A stretch of DNA of 64,000 nucleotides. Source: Bacteriovoracia bacterium. GTDB lineage: Bacteria > Bdellovibrionota > UBA1018 > JBFWNL01. How positions within the stretch are numbered: position 1 is the stretch's first letter; each line of letters opens with the position of its first letter. Shown here piece after piece: positions 57,425-64,000 of this stretch. The stretch covers positions 32,001 to 96,000 of the forward strand of contig JBFWNL010000004.1 in NCBI GenBank assembly GCA_050251055.1, given 5' to 3'. The notes below the pieces were generated by a model. It made no database searches. It saw only the letters and a list, made by a program, of their open reading frames with translations, and had not been told where the DNA came from. Made by a program: the position numbers and the translations under genes.

Positions 57425-58858
57425 ATGTCGCGCAAGTGGTTGGTGCTCATGGCGATTGCCTGCGGCACCTTCATGGCAACCTTGGATTCCAGCATCGTGA
57501 ACATCGCGCTTCGGCCGGTGGCTAAGAATCTGGCGACGGACCTCACGCACATCAAGTGGATCGTTACCGTCTACTTTCTGATCATCACCTGCCTGCTCTT
57601 GCCCATCGGACGCCTCTCCGATCTCTTCGGGCGCAAGCGCGTCTTTTCCACCGGCTTTTTTATCTTCATTTTCGGCTCCGCGCTCTGCGGCTTGGCACCC
57701 ACCCTTACCTGGCTAATTGTTTCGCGCGTGTTGCAAGGACTGGGTGCGGCGATGCTCATGGCGAACGGACCGGCGATCATTACCTCCACTTTTCCAGCCA
57801 CGCACCGGGGTACGGCGCTCGGCACGCTCGGCATGGTGGTGAGCGCGGGCTTGATTTCCGGGCCTGCGATCGGCGGCATTCTGATTCAAGAAATGGGCTG
57901 GCGCAGCGTTTTTTTGATTAACATTCCCATCGGCATGCTGGGCATGGTTCTCGCGTCCGCTTTCATCGAGGATGATGACAAGGAACAGGACACGCGGCGC
58001 CGCAAGGAGCTCTTGGCGAAGTTCGACTGGGCGGGATCGATCCTGCAATCCGTGATCATTATCTGCCTTATCCTGATGTTCCTGCCTTCGGAGCTTTCCC
58101 TACCGAAAGCGCTCGTGAACGTGTCCGAACCCTTGCTCGCGCTACTCGTGCTGATTCTCTGCGTGATTTTCGTGCGGCTAGAAAGTCGGGCCGAGGCGCC
58201 CGTATTTGACCTAGACCTCATCCGAGACATGACTTTCTGGACGGGCAACCTCTCCGCGTTCCTCACCTTCGTCGCCTATTCGACGATCGCCGTGCTGATG
58301 CCGTACTACCTGCAGGAAGGCCTGAGCCTCGACACCCAGCGCACGGGCTACCTCATGACGGCGATTCCGATCACCATCCTCGTCACAGCGCCGATCAGCG
58401 GAAAACTTTCGGACGTTTTCGGCAGCAAAGAGCTTTGCATCTTGGGCGCCACCATCGAGTGCGTGACCTTGCTCATGATGGGTGGGTTATTTGGCCTAGG
58501 CCTGCACAAGGACATCAGCCAGAACGTGATTGTTTTCATCCTGTGCGCCATCGGCATGAGCATCGGTCTCTTCCAGTCCCCGAACAACAACGCCATCATG
58601 GGCGCGGTCCCGACGGAAAAGCTGGGGGCGGCTTCGGCGTTCATGGCGACCGTTCGAAATTTGGCGCTTGGCGTCGGCACCGGCTTCGCCACGGGAGTAT
58701 TTTCATGGAAGGAAGCGCAGAACGGCGACTTCATCGGCGCCATGCGGTTTACATACCTCGCGGCGGGCGTCATCGCGGCGGGAGCTGTGGTAAGCTCATT
58801 AGGTAAGACTCGCGGCCCCCACTGGAAGAAGCATGGTCTGGAAAAAAAAGGAACGTGA
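57425..58858 (+). CDS. MFS transporter, DHA2 (EmrB/QacA) family
   Basis: FMATLDSSIVNIAL, GRLSDLFGRKR, about 14 TM segments. Confidence 0.92.
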   Translation: MSRKWLVLMAIACGTFMATLDSSIVNIALRPVAKNLATDLTHIKWIVTVYFLIITCLLLPIGRLSDLFGRKRVFSTGFFIFIFGSALCGLAPTLTWLIVSRVLQGLGAAMLMANGPAIITSTFPATHRGTALGTLGMVVSAGLISGPAIGGILIQEMGWRSVFLINIPIGMLGMVLASAFIEDDDKEQDTRRRKELLAKFDWAGSILQSVIIICLILMFLPSELSLPKALVNVSEPLLALLVLILCVIFVRLESRAEAPVFDLDLIRDMTFWTGNLSAFLTFVAYSTIAVLMPYYLQEGLSLDTQRTGYLMTAIPITILVTAPISGKLSDVFGSKELCILGATIECVTLLMMGGLFGLGLHKDISQNVIVFILCAIGMSIGLFQSPNNNAIMGAVPTEKLGAASAFMATVRNLALGVGTGFATGVFSWKEAQNGDFIGAMRFTYLAAGVIAAGAVVSSLGKTRGPHWKKHGLEKKGT

Positions 58859-59858
58859 ACTCACCCCCGAAGAAGCGATCGCCCTGGCCAAGCAGGAGCT
58901 CAAGCCTTTTTGGTTCGGCGTCACGCCGCTCTTCGCCGCCATCCGGCAACCCGACGCCGTCACCATTCACCCCCTCGATCCGCAGTTTTCCTCCCATACC
59001 TGGATTCTGTACTTTTTGGATCAAAACTCCTTCCACTACGGAAATGCGCTGAAACTCGCTGCGGAATGGCAGAAGCGGTACGCTCCATATTCGGTGCGTT
59101 CCTTGATCGTCATGCATTCCGACTACCCCCAGCAAGCCGACGCCGCCGCGATGGAAAAATTCATTGAGAAAACCCATTTGAAATTTCCGGTCGTCTTGAG
59201 CCAAGGCGGGCTCGTGCCTAGCGCATATCAGGTAAAATCATTCCCCACCGTGACCTGCATCCACCAGGGTCGGGTGTTCCATTCGATGAGTGGAAACCGT
59301 TGGTTTGATACCGTAGAAACGGTGCTACAAGACCACTTGCGCAAATCTGATCCCGGGCTACCCCTGGCCATGCCCCTTCAGAGCCGGGAACTGCCTGCAA
59401 TCGCCGAGATCTCGCGCGCCCTTGGGAAAAAAGCCGCAACCAACTTGGTTTTCAAGCCGAGTAGAAACGGCGCTTCGGCTCCCTCCGACGAAAAAATCCT
59501 GCTGATCGGTCAATGGACCCAAACCGATGATTGCGTCACCACGTCGGACCCGGAGGCGCAGATCAGGTTTCGTACGCGACTCCCGCGCGTCAGCATCGTT
59601 GCCGCCTCTCTCTCTAAAACGGTAGAGTCCGCTAAAATCTTGGTTGAATCGGACGGCGCCCCCGCCCTCGATATTTTTTCCGGAACCGATCTGAAGTTCG
59701 AAGACGATGGGCAAAGCTTCCTGGAGATCAAGGACCTGCAGCTCTATCAGGCGCTCGAAAAGCTCACGCCCGATAAATTCGAAATCACCCTCAAGTTCTC
59801 ACACGCCAAGCGAGTCCCCGTCGCCGTCCACGGGATCCGCACCTGCGAAATTAACTGA
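58833..59858 (+). CDS. Thioredoxin-fold + DipZ C-terminal-like protein lacking CxxC
   Basis: WILYFLD...KRY.PY.V..L.VMHS.Y...FPVV...YQVKSFPT; C-terminal LIGQW...LYQ pattern as in DipZ. Confidence 0.55.
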   Translation: MVWKKKERELTPEEAIALAKQELKPFWFGVTPLFAAIRQPDAVTIHPLDPQFSSHTWILYFLDQNSFHYGNALKLAAEWQKRYAPYSVRSLIVMHSDYPQQADAAAMEKFIEKTHLKFPVVLSQGGLVPSAYQVKSFPTVTCIHQGRVFHSMSGNRWFDTVETVLQDHLRKSDPGLPLAMPLQSRELPAIAEISRALGKKAATNLVFKPSRNGASAPSDEKILLIGQWTQTDDCVTTSDPEAQIRFRTRLPRVSIVAASLSKTVESAKILVESDGAPALDIFSGTDLKFEDDGQSFLEIKDLQLYQALEKLTPDKFEITLKFSHAKRVPVAVHGIRTCEIN

Positions 59859-60785
59859 AGCCATCGCCAAGTTCCGCTTGAACTGAGCGGGCTTCACTCG
59901 GGAAAGCGCGGATCCCTTCACCCGCTCGGCATACTGCGCATCCGTTTCCGCGGCCAAGGCGGCCCAATCTTCGGGCAAGCGAGGGTCGGCCTGGGCCGGC
60001 AAAGTTGATTTTCGGTTGAAGGGACAAACCTCCTGGCAGATATCGCAGCCGGCCACCCAACGGCCTAACTTGCTCGTATCGAGCGGCAATTCGCGCCACT
60101 CCCCACGCTCCTCCAGCGTCGCGTAGCTAATACAACGACGCGATTCCAGATAGCGCGGCTCCCGGAAGGCGGCGGTCGGACACCCGTCCAAGCAGCGTGT
60201 GCAATGGCCGCAATAGTCGGGCAAAGGTTCGGGACCGCGGCCCACGGGCACACTGAGCAAGATCTCCCCGATAAAAAAATAACTCCCGTGCTTCGGGTGG
60301 ATCAACATCGAATTTTTTCCAATCCACCCCAAACCCGCCATCGCCGCCCATGCGCGCTCGAGCACGGCGCTGGTGTCGACGCAAACCTTCCAGGTAGGTG
60401 TCTCGCCCGTATTCGCGTGAACCTCCGCGGCCACACGCTCGGCCAACCGCTCGAGCTTGGCTTTCATCCCCCGATGATAATCGTCGCCGCGCAGGTAACG
60501 GGCGTAGCGTGGGGCCTGGGGGTTTTCGCTAAAAACCGCGTTGGGGTAGGGGAGACCCACGCAAAGCATGCCGCGCGTGGCGGGAAAAAGCCGGCGCGGG
60601 TCCTCGCGGAAGTCCCGTCCGCGCACGAGGTAGTGCATGGATCCGGCGGATCCTTGGTCAATCCAAGCGGAGTACTTTCGCCAATGCTCGGCGAGCGCTC
60701 CCTGCACGATTTCATCATTGACGTCGATGGCGCCGGCGATCGGAAAGCCCTCGGCGTGGGCCAGGGCCTTTAGCCGCTCATGCAT
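59799..60785 (-). CDS. queG: Epoxyqueuosine reductase
   Basis: ARY.RG.DYH, VDT.AVLER, GWIGKN, CGHCTRCLDGCPT, CISY.T.E, GCDICQEVCPFN. Confidence 0.93.
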   Translation of the reverse strand: MHERLKALAHAEGFPIAGAIDVNDEIVQGALAEHWRKYSAWIDQGSAGSMHYLVRGRDFREDPRRLFPATRGMLCVGLPYPNAVFSENPQAPRYARYLRGDDYHRGMKAKLERLAERVAAEVHANTGETPTWKVCVDTSAVLERAWAAMAGLGWIGKNSMLIHPKHGSYFFIGEILLSVPVGRGPEPLPDYCGHCTRCLDGCPTAAFREPRYLESRRCISYATLEERGEWRELPLDTSKLGRWVAGCDICQEVCPFNRKSTLPAQADPRLPEDWAALAAETDAQYAERVKGSALSRVKPAQFKRNLAMASVNFAGADPVDGDGDSLGV

Positions 60786-61074
60786 TCTCTAGCCAGGCGG
60801 CGATGCCGCCATCGAGCGAGCGCAGCTTGGGAAACCCCAGCGTGCGCAAAGTCATCAAGGCTTCCAGGCTACGCACGCCCTTGGCGCAGTAAAGCACGAT
60901 GTTTTGATCCTTTGAAAGCTCCGTGGCGCGCTCGGCAAGCTCGCCCAGTGGGATCAGCCGCGCGCCATCGATATGCACTTCCTCGAACTCCTCGGGCTGG
61001 CGCACGTCCACCAGCGTGACTTGAGCACGTTCCTGCTTCAACTGCTCCGGAGATATGAGCCAAGGGCTAAGCAT
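60778..61074 (-). CDS. Single-domain rhodanese-like sulfurtransferase
   Basis: VDVRQPEEF...HI.GA.LIPL, YCAKGVRS, LDGGI.AW; GGAGG RBS before ATG 61074. Confidence 0.88.
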   Translation of the reverse strand: MLSPWLISPEQLKQERAQVTLVDVRQPEEFEEVHIDGARLIPLGELAERATELSKDQNIVLYCAKGVRSLEALMTLRTLGFPKLRSLDGGIAAWLENA

Positions 61075-62500
61075 GCACCCGTCCTCCCGAAGCGCTTTTC
61101 CACTTCGACGCGACATTCACGACCCGGCCCACCAAATTATAGGGAAGGGTCTCGGTAATTTCCACGTCCACGAGATCTCCGGCCCCGACGTCGGAAAACC
61201 CCTCGATGTCGTTGATCAGAACATTGCCATCGATGCCCATCGCCTGCGCCGGCATGCGGCCTTGCAAAAGCAGCTCGCTTTCCGTGCTCACGCCTTCCAC
61301 TAGCACCGGCACCCGTCGGCCTAGGTATTTCCCCTGACGCTGTAGGGCCTGCTCCTGCAGGAGCGCGATGAGTTTTTGGGAACGCTTGCGTTTAACGGCT
61401 TCGGGCAGCTGGCCGGAAAGCGTGGACGCTTTCGTGCCTTCCTCGTGCGAGTAGCGGAAAACCCCCACGTGATCGAGGTTGAGCTTGACCAAGTCGTCAC
61501 ACAGCTCTTCGAACTCGGCGTCCGTTTCCCCCGGGAAACCCACGATAATGGAGGTACGAAAGACCATCTCCGGCACACGCTCGCGCAGCTCGCCGATCAG
61601 CTCAAAAAGGCGCTCCTTCTTGAGGCTCCGATTCATGAGCTTAAGCACGCGATCGTTCGTGTGCTGGATGGGCATATCGAGATATTTCACGATCTTGGGC
61701 TGGGTCGCGATAATCTCCAAGAGCTCGTCCGTGAACTGATCCGGATAAACGTAATGCAGGCGGATCCAGTCGATGGTTTCGATTTCACATAGCTTTGGTA
61801 AAAGCTGCTTCAGATTTTCGCGATAGCGATTTTCGATCCCGTAGTGGGTGAGATCCTGAGCCACCAAATTCAATTCACGAATACCTTGGTCGCCCATGCG
61901 GCGCGCCTCATTCACGAGCGAATCCACCGAACGGGAGCGGACATTTCCGCGCAGATCGGGAATAATGCAGAACGAACAGCGGCGGTTGCAGCCTTCGGAA
62001 AGCTTCAGATAGCCCGCGTACTTCGGGCCGGTATGCGTGCGTTCGTCGGTTTCCGAATGAATGAAAGCTGGCTGGTCGATATAAGCGCGCTTCGGCAACT
62101 TCCCGCCCAAGCGGATCGACTCGTTCCGCTCATCCAAAAATTCCGTGATGCGATGATACTGGCCCGTCCCGATCATGAGATCGACCTCGGGCATATCCTT
62201 CTCGATATCTTTCGAATACCGCTGCGCCAGACATCCTGAAACCACGAGCGCCTTGCACTTGCCGCTCACCTTGTAGTCGGCCATCTCAAGGATCGTATTG
62301 ATCGATTCTTCCTTCGCGGCTTGAATGAAGGAGCACGTGTTCACGATGATCACTTCCGCGTCGGAAGGATCCTTCACGATATTATATTGGCTCTGCTTGA
62401 GCTTGCCGAGCATCACCTCGGAATCGACGAGGTTCTTCGAGCAGCCAAGGCTAACGAAATAAACCGGGGATTCGAAGGAAGTGAGCTGGCTCGTCGACAT
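61067..62500 (-). CDS. rimO: Ribosomal protein S12 methylthiotransferase RimO
   Basis: SLGCSKNLVDSE, NTCSFI..AKEESI, EGCNRRCSFCIIP.LRG, C-terminal TRAM domain. Confidence 0.95.
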   Translation of the reverse strand: MSTSQLTSFESPVYFVSLGCSKNLVDSEVMLGKLKQSQYNIVKDPSDAEVIIVNTCSFIQAAKEESINTILEMADYKVSGKCKALVVSGCLAQRYSKDIEKDMPEVDLMIGTGQYHRITEFLDERNESIRLGGKLPKRAYIDQPAFIHSETDERTHTGPKYAGYLKLSEGCNRRCSFCIIPDLRGNVRSRSVDSLVNEARRMGDQGIRELNLVAQDLTHYGIENRYRENLKQLLPKLCEIETIDWIRLHYVYPDQFTDELLEIIATQPKIVKYLDMPIQHTNDRVLKLMNRSLKKERLFELIGELRERVPEMVFRTSIIVGFPGETDAEFEELCDDLVKLNLDHVGVFRYSHEEGTKASTLSGQLPEAVKRKRSQKLIALLQEQALQRQGKYLGRRVPVLVEGVSTESELLLQGRMPAQAMGIDGNVLINDIEGFSDVGAGDLVDVEITETLPYNLVGRVVNVASKWKSASGGRVHA

Positions 62501-62514
62501 GGGTATGGCCTCGG

Positions 62515-63015
62515 TTAGTCCCGGAAGTTTCCGAATTGGAGCGGGACTTTCAGATCCTGCTGCTTGCCCCGCAAGAGTGAAATGACATCTTGGAGCACGT
62601 CGCGGCTATTGCCCGAAACACGCACCTGCTCGTCTTGAATCTGTGCCTGCGCCTTGAGCTTGCTTTCCTTAACGGCGGCGATGATCTCCTTGCCCTTTTC
62701 CTTCGAGATGCCGGCCTGCACCGGTACGACCTGGCGCACGCTCGAGCCGAAGGCCGCTTCCACCTTGCTCGTAAAATCGAAGGAAAGCGTCGAGAGTCCG
62801 CGCTTGATGCACTTGTTTTGAAAAACATCGATGACCGCTTCGAGTTTGCCTTCTTCGCTGCACCAAAGCGTGACCGTCTTCGCCTTCTGATCCAACTTGA
62901 TTTCAACCTTCACGCTTTTGAAGTCGAAGCGCTGGCCAATTTCCTTATTGGCTTGATTGATAGCGTTATCGAGCTCCTGCCAGTTGAGCTCGGAAGTGAC
63001 GTCAAACGTAGGCAT
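62515..63015 (-). CDS. yajQ: YajQ family cyclic-di-GMP-binding protein
   Basis: MPTFDV.SE...E..NA..QA.KE...RFDFK ... QIQ.EQVRV.G..RD.LQ ... QF.NFRD. Confidence 0.93.
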   Translation of the reverse strand: MPTFDVTSELNWQELDNAINQANKEIGQRFDFKSVKVEIKLDQKAKTVTLWCSEEGKLEAVIDVFQNKCIKRGLSTLSFDFTSKVEAAFGSSVRQVVPVQAGISKEKGKEIIAAVKESKLKAQAQIQDEQVRVSGNSRDVLQDVISLLRGKQQDLKVPLQFGNFRD

Positions 63016-63173
63016 CGAAAATTCTCCTTTAGAATTGAGGACCTATATTAAAAAAGTCGGATTTACGCAAGCATCTGAAACCCCATTAAGTTTCGAGAGC
63101 TTAGACACCCTAAATTTGACACCTAGGGTCGTCACTGCTAAACCCCACCCCATAAGGGTTAGGGAGGTTACTC

Positions 63174-63695
63174 ATGAAAATCACGTCTACGTTGGTAATG
63201 GGGCTTTTGCTCATGGGCGCAAACGCGCTGGCGGAAGCGCGCTTTGGGAGCACCGCACTGGAAAGGCAGCTCGATCGTTGCGATCGGGTTGTGGAAAATC
63301 AAACCGATTACGTGCTCTGCCCCCGCGCGGACACTCTGGTTTTCAGCACCCTGTTCGAGCTAAATCGCCATATCGCGATGATCAGCCGATACAACTCTTC
63401 GTTTAAGGCCTCTAGCGAAGCCGAGGGCGTCGCGCTCATCTTGGGTAGTTTTCGCGCTCAAATCCAGGCCCTGCCTTCCGTCGTGGTCGGCCCGGGATCA
63501 CCGCAGTTCTTCGCGCGTATGCACCGCCAGGCGAATCGAATCGAAAAACTCCTGCGCAGGGAAGCTGCCGGCAAGACGATCTACATCGATACGGATGGAT
63601 ACTGGGGCCCGAGCGTGAACGCTCGATTGATGCACATTGTGGATACCGAAAAACTCACGATTACCTCGGTATTACATGGAGATACGGACGGCTGA
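63174..63695 (+). CDS. Hypothetical secreted protein
   Basis: GGAGG RBS, signal peptide ending ALA, upstream TTGACA-N17-TAAACC. Confidence 0.7.
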   Translation: MKITSTLVMGLLLMGANALAEARFGSTALERQLDRCDRVVENQTDYVLCPRADTLVFSTLFELNRHIAMISRYNSSFKASSEAEGVALILGSFRAQIQALPSVVVGPGSPQFFARMHRQANRIEKLLRREAAGKTIYIDTDGYWGPSVNARLMHIVDTEKLTITSVLHGDTDG

Positions 63696-63789
63696 GGCGA
63701 GACTCTCCTTTCTGAGTTGACCCGGTTTTTGCAACGCGTTAGAACCCTCGCAAACCGGAGATCGGGCCACCTTTAAGAAGGAGTATTCC

Positions 63790-64000
63790 ATGTCGTTTCG
63801 CACTCAACTCTTTGTCTTTGTCGCTTTAAGCTTAGCCGCGTTAGCCGCTAATGCCGACATGAACCCCTGGGAGCCGGCTCCGCTCGTTGTCTCGCGCGCT
63901 GAATTCGTAAAGAGCCGCATTGCCGTGCAGGAAGAGTGGAAGGCCGGCTGGACCGCCAACTGCCTGAAAGACAAGGCCAACACCGTCGAAGCCTGCGACA
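63790..64000 (+). CDS. Hypothetical secreted protein, 3'-truncated by the window edge
   Basis: AAGGAG RBS; MSFRTQLFVFVALSLAALAANA-DMNPWEP... open to the end of the window. Confidence 0.65.
   Translation, partial: MSFRTQLFVFVALSLAALAANADMNPWEPAPLVVSRAEFVKSRIAVQEEWKAGWTANCLKDKANTVEACD

Noticed and set aside
53472-59858. Convergent 3' overlaps (recO/gmhB 41 bp, DipZ-like/queG 60 bp)
   Set aside because: Common in compact GC-rich genomes; no sign of added function

Overview
GC-rich bacterial chromosomal window. The gene repertoire (many secreted lipoproteins, an RRNIFLINxxFQ-type membrane protein, a TIGR02147-like remnant, sigma28/sigma54-like promoters) suggests Bdellovibrionota or a related deltaproteobacterial lineage; this is inference, not verified. 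The backbone is housekeeping: xerC, trmFO, prs-pth-ychF, tkt, pyrD, rsgA, recO, gmhB, msbA-like, queG, rimO, yajQ. Accessory content: (1) a compact seven-gene bacterial microcompartment (BMC) operon of the Haliangium ochraceum type (BMC-T, BMC-H, BMC-P, aldehyde dehydrogenase with encapsulation peptide, BMC-T, 2x BMC-P) with no signature enzyme, followed by a 2Fe-2S ferredoxin and a DUF1284-like/lytic transglycosylase fusion; (2) an AT-richer insert after tRNA-Asn encoding a Type IIG-like restriction-modification enzyme with an extra C-terminal domain plus a divergent trypsin-like protease; (3) a MoxR-DUF58-transglutaminase operon behind a near-consensus sigma28 promoter; (4) an unannotated 21-aa Lys-rich peptide gene with its own promoter, RBS and terminator; (5) a structured repeat sharing a 23/24-nt core immediately 3' of both tRNA genes, embedded in a ~190-nt hairpin at tRNA-Ala. 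No CRISPR array, rRNA, transposase or phage integrase was seen. All family calls come from motif recognition by eye, without database searches.
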